A stretch of 61,459 bases of DNA, the filler included, from Sphacelaria rigidula (lineage: Eukaryota): NCBI GenBank assembly GCA_964200075.2. It is 8 parts of 8 records of this genome, joined end to end, with 100 filler letters (N's around TTAATTAATTAA, not from the genome) between each part and the next. Parts side by side here need not be neighbours in the genome. Positions count along the whole stretch, not along the records: positions 7,697 to 15,292 come from CAXNAA020014176.1; positions 15,393 to 22,987 come from CAXNAA020014177.1; positions 23,088 to 30,682 come from CAXNAA020014178.1; 5 more parts are not named here. One strand, written 5' to 3'. Position numbers and translations under genes: made by a program. Under the pieces are notes generated by a model that was not told where the DNA came from, ran no database searches, and worked only from the letters and a program-made list of their open reading frames with translations. Every line of letters begins with the position of its first letter. Position 1 is the stretch's first letter. Shown here one piece after another: positions 12,176 to 24,009 of this stretch.

Positions 12176-13835
12176 CCTACGGCACCAGAATGAGGTTTCG
12201 GCGACATGGGGAGGGGGTTGTGCCGTCATTTTCCGATATGGAGCCCCTCGGCTGAACGTGCAGCTGCCCGACGCTTGACGTTGCCTCCTGTCTGCTCGAC
12301 AGTTATTTGCAATGTATGGTGTATGGCATACCGGGAAGCAAGTCCTGTACATGTACTTGAAAACAGGCATGGAAGCGGCTGGGACTAGTGCCAGACGAAC
12401 CAGCGAGAATTTGCTGGGAAACGACTCGCGTCCCAGCGCTGGCTTGCTGTGGGCCCTTGCAAATGCAGGGCGGCGGCGATAACACGAACACGATTTATGC
12501 TTCAATACAACTTTACGCTTCCGTGCAAGGACACGTCACCATACCTCGGGTACGTGCGGCAGACCTTCATTTTCGAGCCACTTCTTAGGAGGGCCCAGCC
12601 GGTACCACTCCGGGTTTATCGCCGCAATTCAAAAGCGCAACGTTACAAACACCGAAGTGGAATGAAATTGGAAACGCCCTGAGCACAGGGCAATCCATAC
12701 AGTGAAACAAGTACAAAACCACACCAGGGAACACCGGAAAATCACCAACCGGAGACACAATCAACATTCGTTTGGAAAAGAAAGGAGTACATCGGTTTCC
12801 ATGCTTGGCCAATTTCTCGCATTCATCCCTGATCAGGCGCAAAGCGGGCAATTCTTTCGGTCTTTTTCATCTTGGATTTGTCGCAGCTGTTGCTCTTACT
12901 GTGCTAGCGAGGGAAGTTGTCCAATCGGCGGCCCATGACGCATCAGGCCCTCGTTTGTGGCGGTGCCTTTGCGTCGCTACGTGTCCTCGAACTCTTCCAC
13001 CCCTTTTCGACTCCAACATGCCGTTCGCCTTCGCGGCAGTGACCCAATCGTGCGCGTTTGCACCGCCACACCGTAAACGACCCATTTCCGTCGCGCTCCT
13101 AAGCGTGTGGTGGAGCTCCTAGTGCACGTGGGTATCTTCTGGAGGTTTTCCCCACAGTCTTTTGGGGCGGCGGCCAGCCTCCTTAGGCCCTTGTGCGGCT
13201 GACAGTCCGTGGTGATGCCTTTGGACAGGCGCGTTTCGTTCTACAGGACAAGCCTCCCCCGTGAACCATAGTTGACGCTGCGGTACATTTTCTGTTGGTT
13301 ATCTTGGGCACAGCTCTGTGCGGAAGAGTCTTGCAGGCCGTTCGATTTTCCTGCAGGATCCAACCACGTGTAGCAAAAGTTGGTGATGTGCAGTGTGCAG
13401 ACTGTCGATGTCCTCGGAACGTACGGTCCATGTGGCACATCGGTTCGAAAGAGCTTCCGCCACCTATGCTTTGAGCAGTCGAACCTCCAAAGATAGCTGG
13501 GCGTTGATATGGTTGTGGAGTGGGGAACGATACTTTCGGAGACGTGCCCACGGCACGCTGATGCGGCGGTTGATACAGAGGGAAACCTTCGTATCCACGC
13601 TGGCAGCACGAAGGTAGACAGAGTTGGTTGTCTGCTTATACCGTTGACTTGCCGCGCTGATATGCAGGGCGATCGCTGTGGAACTGATTACTAACCACAG
13701 GTGCATGTTACTTTCGTTTTTACACTGTCGTCAGGTGGAGCAGTGAAACAAATGACAAAGGAAGTGCACATAAGCAGCGTTACGTAGACCCGTCGTTGGA
13801 TACTGTACGAGACTGAAAACCTCACGTCTGCAGAG

Positions 13836-15292
13836 AGGTGGAGGTCTGCTCACAGCACGCCGAGAACGGTATAGTGGATATTCAACGAAAGGCGTCCTGC
13901 AGGGAGGGCCGCTTCAAGATAGCGTCGTTTGGGCTGGCGGGAAGCGGAAGAGAGAGTTCTGCTCACAGCATGCCGAGGACAGAATTGTGAATGTCAGGAA
14001 CAAGTTGTGGGCCGCAGAGAGGGCTGCTTTATAACCCCGTCGTTTGGGTTGGCGGGAAGCAAAAAGGCGGAGTTTTGCTCACAGCACGCCGAGGACGGAA
14101 TGGTGAATGTCAAGAACAAGACGTGCTGCAGAGAGGGCTGCTTCAAGCGGGCGTCGTTTGGGTTGGCCAGAAGCAAGAAGGCGGAGTTTTGCTCACGGCA
14201 TGCCGAGGGCGGGATGGTTAATGTCGTCAAAAAGACGTGCCGCAGAGAGGGCTGCTCCAAGATAGCGTCGTTTGGGTTGGCAGGAAGCAGAAAGGTGGAA
14301 TTATGCCCACAACACGCCGGAGATGGGATGGTGTATGTCAGGAGCGAGTCGTGCTTTAGAGAGGGCTGCTTGAAGATTCTGTCGTTTGGGTTGGCGGGAA
14401 GCAAGAAGGCGGAGTTCTGCTCACAGCACGCCGAGAACGGGATGGTAAATGTCGTCAAGAAGACCTGCTGCAGAGAGGGCTGCTTGAAAAAAGCGTACTG
14501 GGGGATGGCGGGAAGCAAGAAGGCGGAGTTCTGCCCACAGCACGCCGAGGACGGGATGGTGAACGTCGTCAAAAAGACCTGCTGCAGAGAGGGCTGCTTG
14601 AAGATACCGTCGTTTGGGTTGGCGGGAAGCAAGAAGGCGGAGTTCTGCTCACAGCACGCCAGGGACGGCATGGTGAATGTCCTCAACAAGTTGTGCTGCA
14701 GAGAGGGCTGCTCGAAGATACCGTCGTTTGGGTTGGCGGGAAGCAAGAAGGCGGAGTTCTGCTCACAGCACGCCGAGGACGGGATGGTAAATGTCGTCAA
14801 AAAGACCTGCTGCAGAGAGGGCTGCTTGAGGATGCCGTCGTTTGGGTTGGCGGGAAGCAGGAAGGCGGAGTTCTGTTCACAGCACGCCGAGGACGGAATG
14901 ATGAATGTCGTCAAGAAGACGTGCTGCAGGGAGGGCTGCTTCAAGATGGCGTCGTTTGGGCTGGCGGGAAGCAAGAAGGCGGAGTTCTGCCCACAGCACG
15001 CCGAGGACGGGATGGTGAATGTCGTCAACAAGACGTGCAGCAGAGGGGGCTGCCTCAAGCGACCGTCGTTTGGGTTGGTGGGAAGCAAGAAGGCGGAGTT
15101 CTGCTCACAGCACGCCGAGGACGGGATGGGGAATGTCGTCAACAAGACGTGCTACAAAGAGGTCTGCTTGAAAAGAGCGTATTGGGCGTTGGCGGGAAGC
15201 AGGGAGGCAGAGTTTTGCTCAAAGCATGCCGGAGACGGAATGGTCAATATCAAGAACAAGACGTGCTGCAGAGGGGGCTGCTTGAAAAGAGC
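13836..15292 (+). CDS. EsV-1-7 cysteine-rich repeat protein (partial; the 5' repeats are frameshifted, so possibly a pseudogene)
   Basis: 11 complete plus 1 partial in-frame 114-bp/38-aa units from 14010 (consensus CCREGCLKIPSFGLAGSKKAEFCSQHAEDGMVNVVKKT), matching the EsV-1-7 pattern C-X4-C-X16-C-X2-H-X12. About 1.5 frameshifted units lie at 13836-14009. Runs off the contig at 15292. Confidence 0.92.
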
Positions 15293-15456
15293 NNNNNNNN
15301 NNNNNNNNNNNNNNNNNNNNNNNNNNNNNNNNNNNNTTAATTAATTAANNNNNNNNNNNNNNNNNNNNNNNNNNNNNNNNNNNNNNNNNNNNCGGGGCGT
15401 CGTCTCGAAAGGGGACTGGATTGAATGCGCAAACCACTCCGGCCAGCAACGAATCA

Positions 15457-15713
15457 CAACCCCCCCCCCCCCCCCAGAAAAAAAAGCTGGTTTGGGGATC
15501 CAAAATTTACACGTAATAATTTGAAATCAACCAAGCCGAGCGCAACGAGCAGCTGGGAATTCTCACGCTTGTGTTCGTTCTCGCCAATGTCGCCCATATG
15601 AAGCTCTTCATGCAGCCTGAATTCAAATATCAGGCATGGCATGACCATTTTTTTCGTGACACTTTTGGGCTGTTTTTTTGGGGGGGGGGGCGGGGGCTAT
15701 CGTAGAAAGTGTC
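15457..15713. mobile_element. Second copy of the MITE found in copia gag
   Basis: Colinear with 3525-3758 and ends GGGGGCTATCGTAGAAAGTGTC. Left TIR degraded. Confidence 0.8.
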
Positions 15714-15929
15714 TACTGCAGTAATAGAAGCAGATTCGATACTTCGCGCAGCACGCTGTGTATGCCAACGGAATCTTTTGTTCAAGGTGTGGGATTTTGA
15801 GACCCCTCACGAATATGCAGATATGGGATTGAAAAAGGGCATGATCGGCGTAACTCGGGCCGGTACCACGCCCTGGCCTAGTGGAGGTACAAGGGTAGAA
15901 TCATGGCGTGTATATGAACCGGTCGCCCC

Positions 15930-16275
15930 GCCCCGGTGGCTCAGTTTGTGACCTCAAAACCTTCTGGCAGTTGGGTCATGGGTTCGAATCTCGGAGTTAA
16001 CTGGGATTATTTCTCACACAAACGCCCAAAAGCGGAGAGCGACTATGTCGTGGGGTACACAAAATTCGACTTGACGGTCGACGAGGGAAAGGGACAGCTG
16101 GACCCCTCTCGTGTTAAAATATAAATAAAGGCAGGCACCGCAGAAGGAAGGTGAAGGACTTGAAAACGAAAAAAACTGTGTTGGCCTTCCTCCTGTCTAA
16201 CCCCGGCTGACGCGCCCACATATACCGAAAGATGTAGACCGATGTCCAAAATAGATGGGATGACAATACACGCAC
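15930..16275 (+). mobile_element. tRNA-derived SINE family A
   Basis: A-box TGGCTCAGTTTG and B-box GGTTCGAATC in the head. The ~345-bp body is colinear with the reverse complement of 22558-22912. Confidence 0.8.
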
Positions 16276-16995
16276 ATATGGCTATGATTTGTCATCTTTG
16301 ACTCTCGAGTTTGTTTTGTGTTCCTACTTGGCTTCACGTGTCGAGCGGGAGCGTTGGGTTATATATCCGTGAGTCGGAATCGTCGCCTGCGGCACGTAAC
16401 TCACGAGGTTAGCAGCATAATATATATATATATATATATATCGCGTCTTTATGAGTTTTTCTAGGCCCTTTTCTTCTTCTTCTTCTTCTTCTTCGGTTTC
16501 TTTATACCGTGCTTTGGTTACTTAGTGGGCTAGCCAGTGACCACGGGAGGCGTCCGCATCAGATTCCCAGTACCGACGTACTGCCCCTCATTGTCCTCCA
16601 AACATGCACGTTCAATCAAGAACGATGTCTTGACGACCCACGTCCCATTTCAGTCACTAGCATTCGGCATGGTCCTCTTTTTGTAAAAAGTCAACGAGGT
16701 CGAAACACCATTTTTGTCGACTGCCAACGGCATCGAAAATACCGTATGAAGCAAACTCAACCCACCCACGATATATCCTGACCACCCAACCTACAGTTTC
16801 CATTTTTTTTTCGCCGGAGAAACAAGCCAAATATATCGAAACACAGTATGCACTTCACGCGGGTCTGGCAGAGCCCCCAAAAAGCGAACGCTAACATTTC
16901 TCGGGTTCTTATTTAGCACCTTCCCTTCCGCCCATGCCCTCCACGAAACTCAAGTGACCATTTCACTGCGAGTAGCACGAAGGAAACCCTTGGAT

Positions 16996-17276
16996 AAATG
17001 GTCGGATGATTTAACGATTCGTCTGGAAATGACTTGATTTTAGTGTGATTGATTCGTACCGTACGAATCAATTCTTAGGCTTTGTATGCAGCGTTGCAAC
17101 CCAGGTACTCGTACGCGCAGCCCAAGGCACGTGGAATACGGCGCAAAAATTGCGTGGAGACAAACCTTGTTGACCAGCGGTCAGTTTTTTTCTCTCTCTC
17201 TCTTTTTTGAGCAATCAGGCCTGAAAAATGTGGATTTGGTGATTCGAGCAACCGGCGATGATTCGTCCGAACCGTG
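16996..17276. mobile_element. hAT-type MITE family (~270 bp), copy 1
   Basis: Reverse complement of 21328-21602 and colinear with 58831-59089. Internal palindrome GATTGATTCGTACCGTACGAATCAAT. Confidence 0.8.
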
Positions 17277-17794
17277 GAAGGGATCAAACAAATGCGACGA
17301 GAACTGAAGCGAAACAGTGTATGCAAGTGGGGGGGGGGGGGGGGGGGGGGGGAGTGGGTGTGTGTTGGGTACGCAGCGTTGTACCCACGAGGCGCCTCGG
17401 GGTGGGTTGTGGGCTTCAACGCACAGATCNNNNNNNNNNAGAGAAAAAGACAAAGCGGAAAGAGAGTCGAATAGAATAGGGGTGGGGGGGGGGGGGGGGG
17501 GGGGGGGGGCGTGAGCTGGCCTTTGTTATTGTAGGCACTATAGTACACAAGCTGAACCTCGGCTGCATCTGTGAGCATACATACAGGCCGTAAGTAGTTT
17601 GTCAAGAAAGTCGTGAAATAAATTTGTTCGGCTCTTTTTTTCCTCCGACGAAATTCCATCTCCATTTCGACGAAGACTCACTCGGCGCACCTTCACCCGA
17701 TGAAGTTTCATCCAACGAAATTGCATGCGTGGTCCACATGTCCCCGCCCAGGTATCGTTACGCACTGCATCAAGGAAATAAAGCTCAAACCCCC

Positions 17795-17920
17795 CATCCC
17801 GTCCAATCGCATCCCGTCCCATCCCATCGCATCCCGTCCCGTCCCGTTCCGTCCCATCCCATCCCATCCCGTCCCGTTCCGTTCCGTCCCATCCCATCCC
17901 ATCCCGTCCCGTTCCGTCCC
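17795..17920. repeat. (CCCGT/CCCAT)n pentanucleotide microsatellite
   Basis: Directly visible; resembles the subterminal repeats at ~49660-49700 and ~50400-50465. Confidence 0.85.
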
Positions 17921-18494
17921 CCCGCCGCCTCACTCCTCCAACCTCCCCTCCGTTTACGCAATGTTGCCCCCTGTTGTTTGAAAAATCACATTAAACAAAA
18001 ACAACCCCCCACCCCCATCCAATCCCATCCCGTCCCGTTCCGTCACACCGCCGCCTCACTCCTCCAACCTTCCCTCCGTTCTCACGAAACGTTGCCCCCT
18101 GTTGTTGGAAAAATCCCCCCCCCCAAAAAAACGGAACACTACAGCTCAAAGAAGCCGCGGCAAAGGAAACGAAGAAGCGGCAGAAACGGGAGCGGGAAGA
18201 TCGTGCTCACCAACAACGCCTGCGATGCAAGCAGAAAACCCTCCTCCTGGACTTCGGGCGCTCGCCGTCATCCTCCACTACTGCCCGAGACGACGGGACA
18301 ACAACATCGGGGGCGTCGTCGCTGCGCGGGGGGGGCGGGAATGGTCGCTCGCGGGGCGGGGCGTTCGGTTTGGCGCATGCGTCGGCGCGAGGGGGTGAAA
18401 TGCTGGACGGGATGCCCGTGGAGGTGCTGTGGCAGGTGTGACTGGCTTGAGGTTGCTGAGTGTTTCGAGGTTTGGAAGATATATGTGGGGTTCA

Positions 18495-18700
18495 TTGATA
18501 GATTGATTGATTGGTTGGTTGGTTGAATGTCGCACTTTAACTTATCTCCGAGGTAGTAGTCATGATCCAGCCGGGGTCCTTTTCCGCATGATAGACATAC
18601 CCTGAGACAAGAACATGATGGAAACACACTCGCTGAAGTGAAGTGGAGACAAACAGAGAAGGTATTCAGCAACACACGAAAAGCAGAGTACACCGAGAAA
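18495..18700 (-). mobile_element. Probable 3' end of a non-LTR retroelement with a (CAAT)n tail; relatives at ~19300-19480(+) and ~53330-53490(+)
   Basis: Shared GTCTATCATGCG...AAAGTGCGACAATCAATCAATC end motif in three places. Confidence 0.55.
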
Positions 18701-20994
18701 AGAAAAGAACAGAGAAGAAAAAAAAGAAGAAAAAAAGGGAAAAGAAAATAGAAGAAAGCTACGAAGGGCCGGTCTTCTGCAGAAACCACCCACTTGTAGT
18801 AGTACCTAATCGGAGAAAACAAAAAGTCATGGGCGCAGATTGCGCCTCATCTAGCACGACCTCACTATCTTGAGTATATGAAACCTCTCATCCACGAAGC
18901 TTATGGAAGGGAGGCACCAAACTACTCCTCCACACACCGGTAGGAAATAGTGTATGTGGTTATGATGAGGCGTTGCAGGTGCTCAGGGAAGGGCACCGTA
19001 GTACCTCCGACATTATTGATTTCCAGAATATATCAGACCGCCGTCACAAGCGAGAGGCTGCTGCGTCGAGGGCCGCCAATCGAAGAATCCTGTCTGTTCA
19101 TGTCGGTCGATGATTATGTCCTCAGTCGGTGGCTCTGCGGTGCCAACTGGTGTGTGTCTGCATCTACTTTGCTGCCCTGAATCCATTGGGCTTCTTCCTT
19201 CTTGATTATTTTATTCCTTTTGGGGGGGGGGGGCGGGGAGTCGGCCATCTCTTCATGTGCTTTGCTTTTGTTGAATGTTTTCTTCTCTTTTTTTTTCACG
19301 TCTTAGTCTACCATGTCCTTCGTTATGTTCGACTTTTTTTTTCTGTTCCTTCGTTCTCTTGAGACGTCTCTATCAGTTCTGTTTTTTTTGGGTACGTCTC
19401 TATCATGCGACAACGGCCGGACCCATGGGTGGTCAGTTAAAATGCGACAATCAATCAGTCAATCGATCAATCAATCGATGCGGTATCCAGTGCCCCGGGG
19501 TGCATGGGTATGATCCGGTTTCATATGGTGAAACGATCCTAGGGCCGATGCTCATGAGAGTAGGGCGACGAGTGCACTGCACCAAGTTGATGGAGGGTCT
19601 TCGTTGGTTTGACCCCCCGCACTGCCTTGAGCAAAAAGCTTCCCGAACGCTCGAGGCAGGCGCCTACCCCCACACGACTTCCGCAAGGCTGGTCTAGCCG
19701 AGAGCCTTCGGGTAATCGGCACACGAAGCCGTTCGCGGGGTAGGTGTTGGGTGAGGTTTTCTCCCCCCTCAAGCAAAGGAAATAAAAAGAGAGAAAGGTG
19801 GTACGAGTATGGTATGTGACAAGGTAGTCTTGGACACCGGGTGTGTGTGAAGTATGATTATATACCATGAAGACGGACATCTATCATAGTGTGCTAGGGT
19901 CATTATTCATTTTTTTTTAACATAATTCTCACCCATTTTTTCCAAGAATTTCGGACTCATCGGGAAAAAAAAAATGCAGAAAATGAATCCACCGCCATAT
20001 ATTTCTGTAGTGAGAGTCTTCAATTGTTCTCTTGTTCCTTCACATGGTTGAGAAATCTGCTGTCACATATTTTATCCGAGATAATTTTTTTCGAAGAAGT
20101 CGGAAATATCTAAGAAAAAGACACGCCCCGTTAATGATGATGGCCCTCAGCAACAAGTGATACTGAGTATTTCCAGCGTACCCAGAGTTCGTACGGAGGG
20201 TGTTGCCTGGAACACGAACGCACCGATTAGAGTGTATGCCCGTATTCGTACCCCCTCAAATTTCATCTCTGTACGATCTGTATGTTCTGCTACGCGAACG
20301 CGGGTTCAGAATTTAACCGTTTTGGGACGGGAGCGGGCTAACCGGAGGTGCGGGCTCATGATGAATCGACATCGTCCCCACTTGAAACGACTGAAAATGA
20401 TGCTGACGCACAAATGGACCCTACGTGCAGACCGAGTCCTCACCTTTTGTTTGGTGGGACTCCGGTCCCCGAAGGGTTAATAGAGGTATCTCAAACTCTG
20501 CTCCCGGTATCCAGGTTTGTTTTGTTCTATTCTTTCAGGTGAAAGTGATGTCGATTCATCAGATGATGAGACCCTTTGACCGCCAGGTCAGGCCTTCCTG
20601 TGAATCGAGATCACTTTTCACTTGAAAAAATAGTACACAACTCAGAGCCAGCGAATAAACCAGGATACCGGGAGCCGAGTTTGAGATACAGTACCTCTAA
20701 TGAGAGCGAAAATTCTGATGGCGCCCAGGTGGGGGGGAAATAAGGATCGACCCAATACCTTTCCGCCGTATACAGCTCAACAGTCTACAAAATGGGGGTA
20801 GTAGTGCCGTGCAGCACTCGATTGCTTCGTGGGATAGGGAACACAGACAACAGTAGTGACTACGAAGACAGTACAGCACACAGACAATCTCAGACAGAAC
20901 AGACCTGTTATACTTGTATCGTGTTTTGCAACTATTAATCTGAGTCTATTCTGTTTTTTGTGGCCTTGTTTGATTTCCTCATACCTCATTGTAG

Positions 20995-21120
20995 GTAGCT
21001 AGCCTGTGACCACGGAAGGCGTCCGCATCAGATGCCCAGTACGAATGTACCGCGCCAGATATCGGAATGGTTTTTTAATGTCAAGACAACAACAACAAAC
21101 AACAACAACAACAACAACAG
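20995..21120 (+). mobile_element. Probable retroelement 3' end with a (CAA)n tail; partial copy at ~16528-16585
   Basis: Shared GCTAGCC.GTGACCACGG.AGGCGTCCGCATCAGAT.CCCAGTAC. (CAA)n at ~21087-21119. Confidence 0.5.
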
Positions 21121-21229
21121 ACGGTGTACGCAAACTGTTATTGTAGGATGAATACGGTACAGGTGCAGGCTGCTTGCTTACCCTGCCCGCCGAGCATCAG
21201 CGTGGTGCGTGCGGCTGTGTTCATCTGCG

Positions 21230-21680
21230 CGATGCTCCTGGCGTGCGCAGGATGCGTTTTTGTCTTAATCGCCTCCTGGGGCGCCGATTTGAGTCTGGCA
21301 ACGCACACTCTGCCTAGGGAACACTTTCACGGTTGGGACGAACCACTTTCCGGTTCGAATCACCAAATCCACGGAATCTCAGGCCTGATTGATCGAAAGC
21401 TAAAAAACAAAAAAGTTGACCGCTGGTCTAAAAGGTCTGTTTCCACGCAATTTTTGCGCCCTATTCCACGTGCCTGGGCTGCGCGTACAGTACCTGGGTT
21501 GCAACGCTGAAAACAAAGCATAATGGGTGATTCGTACCGTACGAATCAATCACACTAAAATCAAGTAATTTCCAGACGAATCATTAATTCGTTCGACCCT
21601 TGAACACTTTGCGCACCCCTTGCCCGAGGGTTCTTGGTATGCCTTCGTTAGGGCTAGGGTTAGGGCTAGGGTTAGGGTTT
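21230..21680 (+). repeat. Second dispersed family carrying (TTAGGG)n; relatives at ~52125-52270(+) and ~55100-55270(-)
   Basis: Shared GCACACT...CC.GGG...CCCGAGGGTTCT.GG.ATGCCT motif immediately followed by TTAGGG-like repeats. Confidence 0.65.
21328..21602. mobile_element. hAT-type MITE, copy 2, with perfect 8-bp TSD AACACTTT, nested in a telomeric-repeat-bearing element
   Basis: Imperfect TIRs CACGGTTGGGACGAA...TTCGTTCGACCCTTG. AACACTTT at 21320-21327 and 21603-21610. Confidence 0.88.
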
Positions 21681-22557
21681 GTTTGCTTCGCTGCTGCAAG
21701 GTCGCGGCGATTTTTGCTTTGCTTCCGAGCGACCCGTTCGTGCCGCCAATTGGAGTGTGCAGCCATTGCGTTCAGCATACTGGTCGGTTTTTTTTTCACT
21801 TGTACTCTTTCCGACGCGCCAGCTTACTAGATGGCTTTCATTTCTCCTTTCCGTCTGCCCATAGTTTCTACCAAGTGAGATGAGATACTAACGTACGCTA
21901 TCGATGGCGCGGTGATTGCACTCGGTGCAGGAGAACAAGCGCTACTCTTACGACCGACACGAACGAAGCACAGACAGCTTGGGGGTCGGTCGAAGGTTCA
22001 AATTCTACACCTGTCACACATTCCACACATCCGATGTATCAACCATCTGTTACTACGTTGCCACCGTCGTTTGTACCCGTATCAAGCAAAAATTCTAGTA
22101 CAAAACCTATTAAAGGTATTAGGTGGATCCTTATTTCCTCTCACCTGGGTGCAATTAACATTTTCGTAGCAAGAGGTGTCCTGTGCACGTGTGGTTTGAA
22201 AAGCGCTCGTACTTTTTTTTTTCAACGACTTCACGTGGTTGGTTCAACTGGCTTTTTCTTTTCTTTTTTCACGCGAGCATTCGGCTACGTACACAGGATG
22301 ATTTTCACACGAGATACCAGCCGTTGTATCTATATATTCATGCATGACTTCGGAAATACCGTTCGGTTACTGCCAAAGACAGCAGGAAAAGATTGCCAGA
22401 TTACCTGGAGCGATCCTACGACATGGCGCATGGGGGGGGGGGTGATGCCATGAATATCAGGGCTCATTGATGTGTCAGACGACGTTTTCGAAAAGTGTAC
22501 TGCTTACAGTATATAATCTATTGTCTATTGCAATGAACGCGATAGTCGATACTGTAC

Positions 22558-22912
22558 GTGCGTGTTGTCGCCCCATGTATTCTGGACGCCGGTCTACACC
22601 TTTCGGTATATGTGGGCGCACCAGCCGGGGTCACACAGGAGGAAGATCAACACAGGCGTTTTTCTTTTTCTTTTTTAACTTGTTTTAGTTCTTCACCTTC
22701 CTTCTGCGGTGCTTGCCTTTTATTTTTTATCGCGAGAGGGGTTCAGCAGTCCCTTTCCCTCGTCGACCATCAAATTGAATTTTGTGTACCCACGACGTCG
22801 TCGCTCTCCACTGTTGGGCATTGTGTGAGAAAAAATCCCAGATCGTTCCGAGATTCGAACCCACAGCCCAACCGTCAGAAGGTTTTGAGGATACCAACTG
22901 AGACACCGGGGC
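22558..22912 (-). mobile_element. tRNA-derived SINE family A
   Basis: Minus-strand head GCCCCGGTGTCTCAGTTGG...AACCTTCTGACGGTT...GGTTCGAATC; colinear with 15930-16275. Confidence 0.8.
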
Positions 22913-24009
22913 AACGGGCTTCCAAGTGGACACAGTACACTTTTTGACCAGTGATATATTGTCGTTATCCAGAGGGTGTGCTCGTTANNNNNNNNNNNNN
23001 NNNNNNNNNNNNNNNNNNNNNNNNNNNNNNNTTAATTAATTAANNNNNNNNNNNNNNNNNNNNNNNNNNNNNNNNNNNNNNNNNNNNGCGAAAGGTGTAC
23101 CCCAACCGTAGCATTGCTCGTGTCCTCGTGGTGAGCAACGCCCCCCCCCCCCCCCCCCCCTACCTCCTTGGTGTAGAATGCTAGTGGATAGAGTTCGCGC
23201 AAAGTTGTCGCGCAAACCTCGTCGTCGGGCGTGTGAGGATTGAGGAGAGGTAACGTTGCCCACCACGAGGCGCATAACCTGTTATGGATGTGTTGTTATA
23301 CACCCACAAGTGGCTGCATCAGGCTGACGCTGACACATGTTAAGCTACCGAGCTAGCTGTCGCTCAACTGTGCAAGAAAAAAGACGTGATGCTGAATGGA
23401 CGCTTCTGGCCATCAACGGCTTGCAACATACAATGGAACGCTAAGGTTCGGTTGAGAAGTTGGAGAAGTTGAGAGTGAGAGAGTGGGGCTTGCGATACGC
23501 TCGTGATTCCCCCTGTGTTCTTCTCCTCAAGAAATGGTATGTTACCCTCATCAAAGATTCCCCATCGTCCTGGACCGTTACTTAGATCGGTACATTCTAT
23601 TCCAGATTACAGCTGAAGATTCCCACATTTGATTTTTTCAACCGACAAGGGTCGCTCTGCATAGTCACCAAACGATATAATAGAATATTGAGTGTGAACG
23701 TTGTCAATACTAGTATGGTGTCCGAATATCGGTGCGTTTTAACCCATACTAAACAGTTCTATAAACTGAGGTTCTACACTAGAATCAGGTTTAAGCCCAA
23801 GACAGTGCTTTCCCCACACTTATAGCGATGGTGCCCAAGGACGTTCTTGTCGGCCTCATGTGCCTCGATCGCGTAGATACTTTTTCAGCGAATTCTACCG
23901 ACTCTGTGAGGTTACAGCTCTGACCGAAACCGTCACTTTCCCTGATTTTTAGGGGGGATGATATATAAAAACAACTTATTCTGTGCGGATGAACATGCTA
24001 TACCCTCAG

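Noticed and set aside
13994-15340. Long alternative ORFs (383 aa on the minus strand; 215 aa in another plus frame) over the EsV-1-7 array
   Set aside because: A stop-free 114-bp unit repeated in tandem keeps other frames open automatically. Only the Cys/His frame matches a known pattern.
17624-18526. 300-aa ORF with SHPIP/SRPVP repeats
   Set aside because: Translation of a pentanucleotide microsatellite; no protein-like content.
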